From contig OY970309.1 in assembly GCA_963716395.1 (NCBI GenBank), positions 288,001 to 352,000 on the forward strand: a DNA stretch of 64,000 nucleotides. Reading direction: 5' to 3'. Below, piece after piece: positions 19,244 to 30,131 of the stretch. Source of the DNA: an uncultured Fibrobacteria bacterium. GTDB taxonomy: Bacteria; Fibrobacterota; Fibrobacteria; UBA11236. The position numbers and the translations under genes are program-made. Position 1 is the stretch's first letter. Each line of letters opens with the position of its first letter. Under the pieces are notes generated by a model. The model did not search any database, was not told the DNA's origin, and saw only the letters and a list, made by a program, of their open reading frames with translations.

Positions 19244-20077
19244 GTGATGTTGTGCCTGAAAAACGTTTCCAAATCCTTCGGCACCGAGCCGGCGCGCGTC
19301 GAGGTGCTCCACCGCATCAACCTGACCGTGTCCGAAGGCGAATTTCTGGCGGTGGTGGGTTTTTCGGGCAGCGGCAAGTCGACCCTCATCAATCTGATCG
19401 CCGGCTTGCAAACTCCCGACGCGGGCGAAATCCTGCTGCGGGGCGAACCCGTGCGCGGACCGGGCCCGGATCGCGGCGTGGTCTTTCAGAACTATTCCCT
19501 GCTGCCGTGGCTGACGGTGGCGGGCAACGTGAAGCTGGCCGTGGATCGCATCTTTCCGCACTGGACCCGGGCGCAACGCGTGGAACGCACGCGCCACTAC
19601 ATCGAGATGGTCCGGCTGGGTCCGGCGGCGCACAAGCGCCCCGGAGAACTTTCCGGCGGCATGCGCCAGCGCGTGGCCGTGGCCCGGGCTTTGGCCGGCG
19701 ATCCCGAAATTCTGCTGCTCGACGAACCGCTCGGTGCTTTGGACGCCTTGACCCGCGGCTCGCTGCAAACCGAGATCGAAAGCCTGTGGCGCCTGAACCG
19801 CAAGACCATCGTGCTCATCACCAATGACGTGGATGAGGCCATTCTCCTGGCCGATCGCATCGTGCCCCTGAACCCGGGCCCCGGCGCCACCTTGGGCCCG
19901 GATTTCGAAGTGCCCTTCGAACGGCCGCGCCATCCCCTCACGCTCAACCGCGATCCGGTATTCCGGAAAATCCGCACGCAAATCATCCGGTATCTGTCCG
20001 AGGCCGCGGCCCGCAAAAACCTGCGCGAGGAAACCGCGGAGTTTCCCCTGCCCGATCTGAAACCTATGGAAGTTTAA
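19244..20077 (+). CDS. nrtC: Nitrate ABC ATP-binding protein
   Basis: [40 protein letters not shown]. Confidence 0.85.
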   Translation: MMLCLKNVSKSFGTEPARVEVLHRINLTVSEGEFLAVVGFSGSGKSTLINLIAGLQTPDAGEILLRGEPVRGPGPDRGVVFQNYSLLPWLTVAGNVKLAVDRIFPHWTRAQRVERTRHYIEMVRLGPAAHKRPGELSGGMRQRVAVARALAGDPEILLLDEPLGALDALTRGSLQTEIESLWRLNRKTIVLITNDVDEAILLADRIVPLNPGPGATLGPDFEVPFERPRHPLTLNRDPVFRKIRTQIIRYLSEAAARKNLREETAEFPLPDLKPMEV

Positions 20078-20095
20078 CCCTGCGACGGCGGAACC

Positions 20096-20938
20096 ATGTC
20101 CAAATATCTGCGGCTCACCGATCTCTCGAAACGCTATCCTTCTTCCCCGGGCACGCCTCCGGTGGTGGAGCATTTCGATCTCGAACTGGAAAAAGGCGAA
20201 TTCGTGTCGCTCATCGGCCATTCCGGTTGCGGGAAATCCACCGTGCTTTCCATGGCGGCCGGGCTGGCTGAGCCCACCGAGGGCGCCATCGTACTCATGG
20301 GTCATGAAGTGGAGGGGCCGGGCCCGGATCGCGGCGTGGTGTTTCAATCGCCCTGCCTGTTTCCGTGGATGACGGCCTTGGAAAACGTAATGCTGGGGGT
20401 ACGGCGCGTATTTCCCCATGGGACCAAGGAGCAGCGCCGCGACATCGCGCGCTATTACCTGAACCGCGTGGGGTTGTCCAAAGCATTGGACCAGCGCGCG
20501 GCCGAATTGTCCCTGGGCATGCGGCAGCGCGTGGGCATCGCGCGCGCCTTCGCCCTGAAGCCCAAATTGCTGTTGCTCGACGAACCCTTCGGCATGCTCG
20601 ATTCCCTGACGCGCGCCGAGTTGCAGGACGTGCTCATGGAAATCTGGGCGGCGGAGCGCATCACGGCCTTGATGGTGACGCATGATGTCGACGAGGCATT
20701 GTATCTCTCGGATCGCGTGGCCATGATGACCAGCGGCCCCCGCGCCCACGTGGGTAAAATCCTGAATATTCCCTGGCCCCGGCCCCGCCGGCGCACCGAA
20801 GTGCTGGAGCACGATCGTTACTATGAATTGCGGGGCAATCTCATTAGATTTTTGCAAGACCATGACCCGAAAGCCAAGTCTTTCGGCCCGCCGGCCGAGG
20901 TCGCCGTGGGGCAGGTCATTACGGCAGAGCAACCATAG
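20096..20938 (+). CDS. nrtD: Nitrate ABC ATP-binding protein (second copy)
   Basis: [47 protein letters not shown]. Confidence 0.85.
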   Translation: MSKYLRLTDLSKRYPSSPGTPPVVEHFDLELEKGEFVSLIGHSGCGKSTVLSMAAGLAEPTEGAIVLMGHEVEGPGPDRGVVFQSPCLFPWMTALENVMLGVRRVFPHGTKEQRRDIARYYLNRVGLSKALDQRAAELSLGMRQRVGIARAFALKPKLLLLDEPFGMLDSLTRAELQDVLMEIWAAERITALMVTHDVDEALYLSDRVAMMTSGPRAHVGKILNIPWPRPRRRTEVLEHDRYYELRGNLIRFLQDHDPKAKSFGPPAEVAVGQVITAEQP

Positions 20939-20998
20939 CTACACCTTAGATTCACCATCGACCAACCACCGAACACCATTTCCACCAGCAAGGAACGG

Positions 20999-22270
20999 AT
21001 GCCGGCCACGCTTGCCACTGGGTTGCGACCGAAACCGGGGGCAGCCTCCGAGGGATGTTCCGCAGGTGATGAGATCGCAATCGCGGAAGCGGATCGCCGT
21101 TTGGAGTCCTACCGGGGGATTTTCCCGGAGGAAACCGTTCCGCTATCGCAAGCCGCCGGGCGGGTTTTGCGCGAACCCATTGCGGCTGACCGGCCCTATC
21201 CTCCCCTCGATGTGGTACGCATGGACGGCGTAGCCATCGCCTACCGGGTTTGGGAAAGCGGCGCGCGGGAATTCCCCATCGCGGGTCTGGCGAAAGCGGG
21301 CGAAGCCCGCCAAATTTTGGCGCATCCGTCCGGCTGCATCGAAGTGATGACCGGAGCGCCTTGCCCCGAGGGCTGCGACACCGTCATTCCCTATGAAGAA
21401 ATCCGGCGCTACGAAGGCCGCGCGCTGGCGCACACCGCCCATCCCCGGCCAGGGCAGCACGTCGATGCGGGGGGATCGCAATGCGATTCGGGTCAGGTGC
21501 TGGTGGCCGCGCGCGTCCGCCTCACCGCGCCGCGCCTGGCGGTAGCCGCATCGGTGGGCAAATCCGCGCTCCGGGTGACGCGCCTGGCGCGCATCGCCGT
21601 CGTGGCCACCGGCGACGAACTGGTCGAGGTGGAAACCGCGCCGTTACCCCATCAGATCCGGCTTTCCAATCCCTTCGGCCTGGGCGCCTTGTTGCGCACG
21701 CTGGCCGAAATTCGGGTCGAGACCGCCGGCGATGATCCCGCGCGCTTGTCGGAGTTGTTCGGCCGCTGCCTGGAATCGGCGGATATGCTGTTGGTAACCG
21801 GAGGCGTCTCGGCGGGAAAACTCGATTTCGTGCCCGAGGTTTTGGGCCGGTTGGGCGTGAAACCGGTATTCCATCGCCTAGCGCAAAAGCCCGGCAAGCC
21901 GCTGTGGTTCGGAGTTTCGCCGGCCGGCCAGCCGGTTTTCGGGTTGCCCGGCAATCCGGTTTCGGCCTTGGTATGCGCACGGCGCTTCGTGGTTCCACTC
22001 TTGCAATTCAATTCCGGGCTGAATCCGTTTTCCCCCGTGCCCCAGATCCGCCTGGCCGCCGACATCCGCAGTTGGGAACGCGGGACCTTGTTCGTACCGG
22101 TTGCGCTGCGCGCGGAGGAAGCCGGCTGGCTGACCGCCGTCCCCCAACCGACCCAAGGCTCGGGCGATTTCACCCGGCTGGGCGACAGCGACGGTTTTGT
22201 GGAAATTCCGGCAGGCCGGGGTGTTGTGCGCGCGGGAGAGGCGGCGCCATATTATGCCTGGGAAATTTGA
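20999..22270 (+). CDS. moeA: Molybdopterin molybdotransferase
   Basis: MDGVA, VMTGAP, TGDEL, TGGVSAGKLD, QKPGKP, GLPGNPVS. Confidence 0.95.
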   Translation: MPATLATGLRPKPGAASEGCSAGDEIAIAEADRRLESYRGIFPEETVPLSQAAGRVLREPIAADRPYPPLDVVRMDGVAIAYRVWESGAREFPIAGLAKAGEARQILAHPSGCIEVMTGAPCPEGCDTVIPYEEIRRYEGRALAHTAHPRPGQHVDAGGSQCDSGQVLVAARVRLTAPRLAVAASVGKSALRVTRLARIAVVATGDELVEVETAPLPHQIRLSNPFGLGALLRTLAEIRVETAGDDPARLSELFGRCLESADMLLVTGGVSAGKLDFVPEVLGRLGVKPVFHRLAQKPGKPLWFGVSPAGQPVFGLPGNPVSALVCARRFVVPLLQFNSGLNPFSPVPQIRLAADIRSWERGTLFVPVALRAEEAGWLTAVPQPTQGSGDFTRLGDSDGFVEIPAGRGVVRAGEAAPYYAWEI

Positions 22271-23240
22271 GAGTGAGGCCGCGCCAGCCGTGACGCCACG
22301 GGTCCGCTTGATTGACCCGGCGGGAAGAGTATTGCGCAAGTTACGGGTTTCGCTGACCGACGCCTGTAATTACCGCTGCTTTTATTGCATGCCCAAACAT
22401 CCGACCTTCACGCCGGCGTCCCAACTGCTGCGGCCCGACGAATACCGGTCCATTTGTTCCGCTTTGGTGGCCCGGGGAATGGAAGAGTTGCGCCTCACGG
22501 GCGGGGAGCCCACGGCCCGACCGGAATTCCGCGCCATTGTCGCTGCCTTGACCGAGGTTCTTGCCGCGCGGCGCAGCCTGACCAGCAATGGGCAATTGCT
22601 GGCGCGCCATCTGGATTTCCTACGCGACCTGGGGTGGACGAATGTGAACATCAGCCTTGACAGTTTGGATGCCGGAAGTTTCGCGCGCATCACCGGGGGC
22701 GGTGATTTTGCAACCGTGATGGCCTGCATCGAACAAGCCGTGGCCAAGGGTTTTCAGGTTAAGATCAATGCCGTGATCTTCAAGGGCGTAAACGACGGCG
22801 AGTTGTGCGATTTCGCCCGCTGGTCGGCGCGGACCGGCATCGAAGTGCGCTTTCTGGAATTCATGAAAATCGGCCCGACCTACGGGGAGAACTGGCGGCG
22901 CTTTATGTCCGCCGAAGACATGATCGCGAAGCTGGAGACCTTCACCGAACTGCGTCCGGTTCCCGTTCCTCTCGATTCCCCCGCCTTCGTCTTCGAAACC
23001 GGCGAAGGCGCGCGCCTGGGATTCATCGCTTCCGAATCGCAACCGTTTTGCGGCCGGTGTTCGCGCCTGCGGCTTTCGGCGACCGGGGTTTTACGCGCGT
23101 GTCTGATGAGCGAGCAGGGAATTTCACTCCGCGGCGTGGCTCCGGATGGCATTCCGGATATTTTGCATCAGGTCATGGCCATGAAACCGCAGGGGCGCCT
23201 GGATCACGTGGATCAACCCATGCACGCCATCGGAGGGTGA
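22254..23240 (+). CDS. moaA: GTP 3',8-cyclase
   Basis: LRVSLTDACNYRCFYC, LTGGEP, FCGRCSRLRL...C, C-terminal IGG. Confidence 0.96.
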   Translation: MPGKFESEAAPAVTPRVRLIDPAGRVLRKLRVSLTDACNYRCFYCMPKHPTFTPASQLLRPDEYRSICSALVARGMEELRLTGGEPTARPEFRAIVAALTEVLAARRSLTSNGQLLARHLDFLRDLGWTNVNISLDSLDAGSFARITGGGDFATVMACIEQAVAKGFQVKINAVIFKGVNDGELCDFARWSARTGIEVRFLEFMKIGPTYGENWRRFMSAEDMIAKLETFTELRPVPVPLDSPAFVFETGEGARLGFIASESQPFCGRCSRLRLSATGVLRACLMSEQGISLRGVAPDGIPDILHQVMAMKPQGRLDHVDQPMHAIGG

Positions 23241-23714
23241 ATGAAAACCTTGACCCATCTCGCGAGCGGGGTGCCGGCCATGGTCGACATCGGCGGCAAG
23301 GCGCCGTCGCGCCGCACCGCCAAAGCCGAAGCCTGGGTCTGGCTTCCGGAAGAAGTGCGCCAGCATTTCGACGGCACGGACATTCAGGGGCCCAAGGGCG
23401 CGGTGTTTCAGACGGCGATTGTGGCCGGCGTGATGGCGGCCAAGCGCACGGCGGATCTGATACCACTGTGCCACTCTCTGCCATTGGACGATTGCCGCAT
23501 CGCCATCCACCTGAAAGAAGGCGGGGCCCACATCGAATGCGAGGCCAAAACCGAACACCGCACCGGGGTGGAAATGGAAGCTTTGACCGGCGCCAGCGTG
23601 GCCGCGTTGACGCTGTACGACATGTGCAAAGCCCTTTCGCACCACATCGAGATCCGGCATGTGCGCCTGTTGGAAAAAACCGGGGGGAAAAATGACTTCC
23701 GCCGTGCCCGCTGA
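23241..23714 (+). CDS. moaC: Cyclic pyranopterin monophosphate synthase
   Basis: LTH...MVD, LIPLCH, TGVEMEAL, YDMCKA, KTGGK. Confidence 0.97.
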   Translation: MKTLTHLASGVPAMVDIGGKAPSRRTAKAEAWVWLPEEVRQHFDGTDIQGPKGAVFQTAIVAGVMAAKRTADLIPLCHSLPLDDCRIAIHLKEGGAHIECEAKTEHRTGVEMEALTGASVAALTLYDMCKALSHHIEIRHVRLLEKTGGKNDFRRAR

Positions 23715-24318
23715 TCCGCCGCTGTACGGCCTGGTACTGGCCGGAGGTCGCAGCCGCCGCATGGGGGCGGACAAAAGCGGCCTACGTTACCGCGAAGATA
23801 CGCCGCATGCCGGTTACACCGCCCGCCTGCTGGAGCCGTTGTGCGTGCGCGTTTTTTACTCCTGCCGCGCGGATCAGGCCGGCGACCCCCTGTTCGCCGC
23901 CGGTTCTGTCCTCTGCGATGTCTTTCCCGATTGGGGGCCTTTGGGCGGAATTTTATCGGCCCAGCAACGCTTTCCCCACGCCGCTTTCTTGGTGTTGGCT
24001 TGCGATTTACCCTTTCTCCGGGATGAGCCCCTGCAGCATTTGCTTGCGCACCGCGACGCCGGCCAAGTGGCCACGGCGTTCCACCACCCCGTGCGCCAGC
24101 GCCCCGAACCTTTATGCGCGATTTACGAACCCCGCTTCGCGGCAGCGGCCCTGCCCTGGGCGCGGCAGGGAGTTCTTTGCCCCACGCAATTGCTACTGCG
24201 CCTGGAGGCCCGGCTCATTCCCCCTCCCGACGCGCGCTTTCTGGAAAACGCCAACCGACCTGAAGATTATCAGAAGGCCAAAGCGACACTGGCGACGGAG
24301 ATGTCCGCCCATGCCTGA
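23692..24318 (+). CDS. mobA: Molybdenum cofactor guanylyltransferase
   Basis: LAGGRSRRMGADK, GPLGGI, LACDLP, EPLCAIY, NANRPED. Confidence 0.93.
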   Translation: MTSAVPADPPLYGLVLAGGRSRRMGADKSGLRYREDTPHAGYTARLLEPLCVRVFYSCRADQAGDPLFAAGSVLCDVFPDWGPLGGILSAQQRFPHAAFLVLACDLPFLRDEPLQHLLAHRDAGQVATAFHHPVRQRPEPLCAIYEPRFAAAALPWARQGVLCPTQLLLRLEARLIPPPDARFLENANRPEDYQKAKATLATEMSAHA

Positions 24319-24574
24319 GCCCGAGACGACGGCCATTTCGGTTACGGTGGAATACTTCGCGGTGCTGCGCGATTGCGCCGGCAAAAACTCGGAATCCTTG
24401 GCCCTCGAGTCCGCCTGGCCGGCGGCGGTTTACGATCAGTTACAGGCCCGTTACCGCTTCCCCTTGGACCGAAGCCGCATCCACCTGGCGGTGAACGGCG
24501 AATTCGCCGCCTGGGATCAAACGCTGCGGCCGGGCGACACCGTGGTTTTCCTGCCGCCCGTATGCGGAGGCTAG
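24311..24574 (+). CDS. moaD: Molybdopterin synthase sulfur carrier
   Basis: YFAVLRD, AVN, GDTVVFLPPVCGG with C-terminal GG; last part of ORF 23807..24574. Confidence 0.93.
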   Translation: MPEPETTAISVTVEYFAVLRDCAGKNSESLALESAWPAAVYDQLQARYRFPLDRSRIHLAVNGEFAAWDQTLRPGDTVVFLPPVCGG

Positions 24575-24575
24575 G

Positions 24576-25022
24576 TTGTTTCAACTGACCCGCGCGCCCT
24601 TGGACGCGGCGGCGCTGCGCGCGCGCTTGGCGCATCCGGATTGCGGCGCCTGCGTCGCTTTCGAAGGTTGGGTGCGCAACCGGAATGAAGGGCGCGCGGT
24701 TTTACGGCTGGAATACGAAGCTTACCCGGCGCTGGCCGTCAAAGAAGGCGAGCGCATTCTGCAAGAAGCGCTGCGAGATTTTCCGATTAAGGCCGCCCAT
24801 TGCGTGCACCGCCTGGGCTTGCTGGAAATCGGGGAAACCGCCGTGTGGATCGGAGCCGTGTCCCCCCATCGCCAGGCCGCCTTTGCCGCCTGCGAATGGC
24901 TGATCGCCGCGGTGAAACATCGGGTTCCGATCTGGAAGCGCGAACATTATGCCGACGGCGGATGCGAATGGATTCTATGCGCGCATGATGCCGATCACGC
25001 CGACCATGCTGCCGCGCACTAG
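24576..25022 (+). CDS. moaE: Molybdopterin synthase catalytic subunit
   Basis: GACVAFEGWVRN, LEYEAY, HRLG, HRQAAF, PIWKRE. Confidence 0.96.
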   Translation: MFQLTRAPLDAAALRARLAHPDCGACVAFEGWVRNRNEGRAVLRLEYEAYPALAVKEGERILQEALRDFPIKAAHCVHRLGLLEIGETAVWIGAVSPHRQAAFAACEWLIAAVKHRVPIWKREHYADGGCEWILCAHDADHADHAAAH

Positions 25023-25046
25023 CTTAAGGCTAAGACGCAGCGGGAA

Positions 25047-25790
25047 TTGACGGTGGAATTAGCGCATCCCATTTTGACGTCCGGCGCCGTCCTCGTCATC
25101 GCTTTTCTCTACTCGTCCGTCGGCCATGCCGGAGCCTCCGGTTATATCGCCGCACTCACCTTGCTGGGATTTTCCACGGCCTTCATCAAGCCCACGGCCC
25201 TGACCCTCAACATTCTGGTGGCGGTCATCGGCACCTGGCAGTTCTGGCGGGCCGGCCATTTTTCTTGGAAGCTGTTCTGGCCGTTCGCCGTGGCCTCCAT
25301 GCCGTGCGCCTTTGCGGGCGGATATTTGCAACTTCCCTCCGTTTGGTTTCGGCCGCTGGTGGGCGCGGTACTGTGGTTTTCGTCGCTGCGATTTTTTCTC
25401 AGCCCAAACGACCCTCCGCACATCAAACCGCCCGGAATCGGCCTGGCCATGGGAACCGGAGGCGGCCTCGGTTTTCTGGCCGGCCTCACCGGCACCGGCG
25501 GAGGAATTTTCCTGACGCCGCTGTTGTTGTTATGCCGCTGGGCCCGAACGCGCAATGCGGCCGCCGTCTCGGCATTGTTTATCCTGGTGAATTCCAGCAC
25601 CGGCCTGTTGGGCTATGTCGGCAGCGGCCGGCGCCTTCCCCACCTCACCTTGACCCTGGCCGTGGCGGCGGCCGCGGGAGGCTTCGCCGGATCCTATTGC
25701 GGGAGCCGACGCTTCCCGGTGCGCACCGTGCGAATTTTACTGGCCTCGGTTCTGGTCATCGCCGGTGCCAAATTGATGTTCACACCGTAA
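25047..25790 (+). CDS. TauE/SafE-family membrane transporter
   Basis: SSVGHAGASGY and GLTGTGGGIFLTP repeats, multiple TM segments. Confidence 0.9.
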   Translation: MTVELAHPILTSGAVLVIAFLYSSVGHAGASGYIAALTLLGFSTAFIKPTALTLNILVAVIGTWQFWRAGHFSWKLFWPFAVASMPCAFAGGYLQLPSVWFRPLVGAVLWFSSLRFFLSPNDPPHIKPPGIGLAMGTGGGLGFLAGLTGTGGGIFLTPLLLLCRWARTRNAAAVSALFILVNSSTGLLGYVGSGRRLPHLTLTLAVAAAAGGFAGSYCGSRRFPVRTVRILLASVLVIAGAKLMFTP

Positions 25791-25985
25791 AGGTGGTCGG
25801 CCGGTCCATCTCCAAAAAAATCCTGGCCCTGTTGTCAGCCTGGGTTAACACGCAGCCGACAATTCCTTTCACTCGACCCGAATTCTACCGGGAATGTGCT
25901 GGATAATGAATCTTTAGTGCTTTCTCGTCCTGCAAAATTCAGTACAAATCGGCCTCCGATAGCGCGGTGATTCGCGCCGGTTTAC

Positions 25986-26000
25986 TGGTACGCCTCTTGC
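25986..26000 (+). promoter_or_regulatory. Sigma-54 (-24/-12) promoter of the nitrate reductase operon
   Basis: TGGTAC-GCCTC-TTGC with correct GG-N10-GC spacing, in a ~500 bp intergenic gap. Confidence 0.75.
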
Positions 26001-26054
26001 GCTCTATCCAAGCAGTTCAAGTCGTTGTTTGAAGCCCTGCTTTAAACGAAACGG

Positions 26055-26142
26055 CCAACCGCATACCGGTCTGTCCGGGCCTTTGGTCAACCTGGTCAAA
26101 TTATTACGCCATGGGATGCCGAGGGTTCGGGTATGACGGTTT
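26055..26142 (+). other. Conserved two-block leader element, copy 2 (candidate cis-regulatory RNA)
   Basis: Block A CCAACCGCATACCGGTCTGTCCGGGCCTTTGGTCA and block B TGCCGAGGGTTCGGGTATGACGGTTT are mutually complementary with G-U pairs. Confidence 0.55.
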
Positions 26143-26290
26143 ACATGCGCCTTGGGCCAAGGCCTCATCATCCGGGTTATTCCCGTGATGTGTTTGTTCC
26201 CGATACAGCCGGCCTGCATCTGCTTTTCCTCACTTGCGACCGGGCATGGCTGCGGCGCACGGCAGCACTGCGAAACAGTTTCGGGCCTTT

Positions 26291-27937
26291 ATGATTTCCC
26301 GTTTGCCCGCAGCGGCGCCGGAAAAGCCCCGGTTGTCGAATTTTGTGGGACGCCACGCCGACCTCCTAGACCAACTCCTGGCCGAGCAGCAAACGTTAAC
26401 CGCCGTGGAACGCTTCGCTGCTTATCACGAGACACCGATTGCGGACGGCGCACCCCTGCAAGCGCGGTATTACCAGGATCTGCTGCCCCTGCAGCAACCC
26501 GCCCCGGGCGAGCAATTCGCGTTCGAGGTGAATCTGGATCGCTGCAGCGGATGCAAGGCCTGCGTAACGGCCTGCCATAACCTGAACGGACTCGATGAAG
26601 GCGAAACCTGGCGCCAGGTGGGCGTGTTGCAGGATCCTTCCCAACGACGCACGCAACAAACCGTGACCACGGCCTGCCACCATTGCCTGGAACCGGGTTG
26701 CGCCCAGGGCTGTCCCACCCTGGCCTATGAAAAAGAGGCCGTAACTGGCGTGGTACGACACCTCGACGACCAATGTTTCGGATGCCAATATTGCATTCTC
26801 AAATGCCCGTACGACGTACCCCAGTATTCCAAGTCCAAAGGCATCGTGCGCAAATGCGACCTGTGCGTCGGCCGCTTGCGCGCCGGCGAAGCCCCGGCCT
26901 GCGCGCAAGCCTGCCCCACCCGGGCCATTCGCATCGTGCTCGTCACGGCCCAAACCATTCGCAACGATCCCCGCGCCGGTCTGGATCTGCCCGGCACGCC
27001 GGATTCCACCTACACCTTGCCCACCACGCGCTACGTTTCGGCAACCGCCATCCCGGATACCCTCACGCCGGTGGACGTCCATCAAGTAAAAGCGGAGCCG
27101 CCGCATTTACCGCTGGTGTTCCTGCTCGTGGCCTCGCAAACCGCCATCGGCTACTGGGCTTTTCTCGCCCTGGCTCTGGTCTTCGGCGTCGGAGCGGCTT
27201 CGCCGGATTCACTGGCGCCGCGGCTGGCCCGCCTCGAAACCTTGGGACTGGGGTTGACGCTGCTCACGTTGGCTTTGGGTCCGCTGCATCTGGGACGTCC
27301 CTGGCTGGCGTGGAAAGCGTTTTTGAACTGGCGGCGCTCCTGGCTGAGCCGAGAAATCCTCGGCTTTACGATTTGGGCCGGAGCCGCGACGGTTTCCACG
27401 GGCCTCCGCTGGGCGGGAGGCGATCTTCGTTGGGCGTCGACGACGGTTTGGCTTACGGCCCTGGCCGGGGCCGCGGCTCTCTACGCCTCGGCCATGGTAT
27501 ACCGCGACACCCCGCGAGTCTTGTGGGCCACGCGCCTCACCTTGGTTCGCTTCACGCTTTCGGCGACGCTTTGCGGCGGCGCGGCGTACGCCCTGGCCGG
27601 CGGAAGGCCAAGTGCGGTTTGGATCTGGGGCACGCTTCCGGCGGCTCTGATTGCCAAGTTGTGGTTAGAAACACGGGTATTACGTCACCTGAAAGATACT
27701 GACCCAAATCCTCTGCAAAAAGCGGCGCGGCTGCTTACCGGCCCGTTACGGTTGCTGTGGCGCAGCCGGGTGGCGGCGGGGCTGCTCGGCGGCGTGGCGG
27801 CTCCGGTTTTCCTGGCCGCGCACCCTGCGCCCTGGGGCGGTTGGCTTGTAATGATCCTGATTCTGGCGGGAGAGCTGATGGAGCGCCGCTTGTTTTTCTC
27901 CACCGCCGTTGCGCCCCGCATGCCGGGAGGGCGGTGA
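26291..27937 (+). CDS. Fused DmsB-like 4x[4Fe-4S] protein and DmsC/YnfH-type membrane anchor
   Basis: [42 protein letters not shown]...PACAQACP, then HLGRP...SWLSRE and multiple TMs ending [10 protein letters not shown]. Confidence 0.92.
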   Translation: MISRLPAAAPEKPRLSNFVGRHADLLDQLLAEQQTLTAVERFAAYHETPIADGAPLQARYYQDLLPLQQPAPGEQFAFEVNLDRCSGCKACVTACHNLNGLDEGETWRQVGVLQDPSQRRTQQTVTTACHHCLEPGCAQGCPTLAYEKEAVTGVVRHLDDQCFGCQYCILKCPYDVPQYSKSKGIVRKCDLCVGRLRAGEAPACAQACPTRAIRIVLVTAQTIRNDPRAGLDLPGTPDSTYTLPTTRYVSATAIPDTLTPVDVHQVKAEPPHLPLVFLLVASQTAIGYWAFLALALVFGVGAASPDSLAPRLARLETLGLGLTLLTLALGPLHLGRPWLAWKAFLNWRRSWLSREILGFTIWAGAATVSTGLRWAGGDLRWASTTVWLTALAGAAALYASAMVYRDTPRVLWATRLTLVRFTLSATLCGGAAYALAGGRPSAVWIWGTLPAALIAKLWLETRVLRHLKDTDPNPLQKAARLLTGPLRLLWRSRVAAGLLGGVAAPVFLAAHPAPWGGWLVMILILAGELMERRLFFSTAVAPRMPGGR

Positions 27938-27938
27938 G

Positions 27939-30131
27939 ATGCTGGAAAAACTGCGGCGCTTTGATGGCCCTTTGACGCGCGCCCTGGTGCGCGAACCGGG
28001 GCGCTTCGGATTGGGGCAATTGCCGCAACAGCTCCAGCCCGACTCCACCACCACCTTGGTATGCGGCTATTGCTCGACGGGCTGCGGCCTCAAGGCGCAT
28101 TTGCGCCACGGAGCCGCGGTCAATCTCTCGGCCGATACGAATTACCCGGTGAACCTCGGCATGGCCTGCCCCAAGGGTTGGGAAGCGTTGGCGCCGCTGG
28201 CGGCCCCGGATCGCGCCACCACGCCTCTGTTGCGGAATGCGCGGGGCATGCAGGAAGCGACGGATTGGGATACGGCACTCAAAACCTTGGTGGCCCGCTT
28301 CCGGGGAATCCTGGATCGGCATGGCCCGGAAGCGGTGGCCTTTCTCAGCACGGGCCAATTCCCCACCGAAGAAATGTTTATGCTCGGGCTGTTGTTCAAG
28401 TTCGGCATGGGCGCCTGGCACGGCGATGCGAATACGCGCCAGTGCATGGCCACGGCTAATGTGGCGTACAAACAGGCCTTTGGTTTCGACGCGCCGCCCT
28501 TCACCTATCAAGACTTCGAACTATCCGACGTCGTCGTTTTCATCGGCGCCAATCCCTGCATCGCGCATCCGATTTTGTGGGAACGGGTGATGATGAATAC
28601 GCGGCCCCATCAGGTTCTGGTGGTGGACCCGAGGCGCACGGAAACGGCCGCGGCCGCCACGCGCCATTACGCCTTGGCGCCCAAATCCGATTTGACCTTG
28701 CTGTACGGCCTTGCGCATGTCCTCATCCGCGAAGGCTGGGTGGACCGGAACTTCATCGCAGATCACGTGGCGGGATATGCCGGCTTCGCCCGCCACGTGC
28801 AACCTTTTACGCCGGAGTTCACAGCGGGCGTGACCGGTCTTTCCGCCGCCGACATCGAAGATTTTGCGCGCACGATTCACCAAGGCCGGGCCGTCAGTTT
28901 TTGGTGGACCATGGGGGTGAACCAGGGACATGAGGCGGTGCGCACGGCCCAAGCCATCATCAACCTGGCCTTGATCACCGGGAATATCGGCAAACCCGGC
29001 ACCGGGGCCAATTCCATCACGGGCCAGGTGAACGCCATGGGTTCGCGCCTGTTCAGCAATACGACTTCTTTGGTGGGCGGCCGCGATTTTCTCGACGCCG
29101 AAGATCGCCGCGAGGTGGCGCGAATTCTCGGCATCGATGCGGGACGCATCCCGGCGCAAAATTCCTTGGCCTATGATCAAATCGTCGCGGGAGTTTGCGC
29201 GGGGCGCATCAAAGGGCTTTGGGTTATCGCCACCAATCCTTCGCATTCGTGGGTGGATCAAACCCAACTTCAGCAGGGGTTGGAAAAGTTGGATTTTCTG
29301 GTGGTGCAGGATATGTACCGGAACACCGACACTACGCGTCTGGCCCATCTGGTGCTGCCTGCTGCGGGTTGGGGCGAAAAAGCCGGCACGGTCATCAATT
29401 CCGAACGGCGCCTCGGCCTGTTCAAGAAAGTGGCCCGGGCCCCGGGCCGGGCCCTGGCTGATTTTTACATCTTTCGCTTGGTGGCGGAATATTGGGGTTG
29501 CGCGGATCTTTTTCATGGAATGGATTCCCCCGAGCAGGCGTTCCAGGTCATGAAACGCCTGTCGGCGGGCCGACCCTGCGATTTTTCGGGAATACGCGAC
29601 TATCATCACATCGATGAACAAGGCGGCATCCAATGGCCGTACCGTGGTCACGATGCGGACAAGCCGCAGGAGCGGCGCCTGTTCGCCGACGGACGCTTCT
29701 TTACCGCCGACGGCAAAGCGCGCTTGTATTACGACCCCGTGCGCCCGCCCGACGAAACTCCTTCGCCGGAATATCCCCTGGTGCTGCTGACGGGCCGGGG
29801 CACTTCGGCCCAATGGCATACCAATACGCGCACGGAAAAATCGGCCGTGCTGCGTAAGCTGTACCCGGCGGAATGCTATGTCGAAATGCATCCGGAAGAC
29901 GCGCGCCGCTTGGGCGTCGCTCCCGAAGATTGGGTGATGGTGCGCACGCGCCGCGGGGCCGTGCGCGCGCGCGCCTTCGCGGCCTCGACCGTGCAGCCCG
30001 GCCAGATCTTTCTGCCCATGCACTACGCCGGGGTCAACGCCCTGACGGCGGCATCCTTCGATCCCCATTCCCGCCAGCCTGCCTACAAGCATTGCGCGGC
30101 CCGCATCGAAAAAGTGGAGGCGGCGCGATGA
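27939..30131 (+). CDS. Assimilatory-type (NarB/NasA family) molybdopterin nitrate reductase catalytic subunit
   Basis: CGYCSTGC...CPKG FeS motif, NTRQCMA Mo-ligand Cys, [25 protein letters not shown]...QWHT-TRT, DPHSRQP-YK; no Tat signal. Confidence 0.92.
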   Translation: MLEKLRRFDGPLTRALVREPGRFGLGQLPQQLQPDSTTTLVCGYCSTGCGLKAHLRHGAAVNLSADTNYPVNLGMACPKGWEALAPLAAPDRATTPLLRNARGMQEATDWDTALKTLVARFRGILDRHGPEAVAFLSTGQFPTEEMFMLGLLFKFGMGAWHGDANTRQCMATANVAYKQAFGFDAPPFTYQDFELSDVVVFIGANPCIAHPILWERVMMNTRPHQVLVVDPRRTETAAAATRHYALAPKSDLTLLYGLAHVLIREGWVDRNFIADHVAGYAGFARHVQPFTPEFTAGVTGLSAADIEDFARTIHQGRAVSFWWTMGVNQGHEAVRTAQAIINLALITGNIGKPGTGANSITGQVNAMGSRLFSNTTSLVGGRDFLDAEDRREVARILGIDAGRIPAQNSLAYDQIVAGVCAGRIKGLWVIATNPSHSWVDQTQLQQGLEKLDFLVVQDMYRNTDTTRLAHLVLPAAGWGEKAGTVINSERRLGLFKKVARAPGRALADFYIFRLVAEYWGCADLFHGMDSPEQAFQVMKRLSAGRPCDFSGIRDYHHIDEQGGIQWPYRGHDADKPQERRLFADGRFFTADGKARLYYDPVRPPDETPSPEYPLVLLTGRGTSAQWHTNTRTEKSAVLRKLYPAECYVEMHPEDARRLGVAPEDWVMVRTRRGAVRARAFAASTVQPGQIFLPMHYAGVNALTAASFDPHSRQPAYKHCAARIEKVEAAR

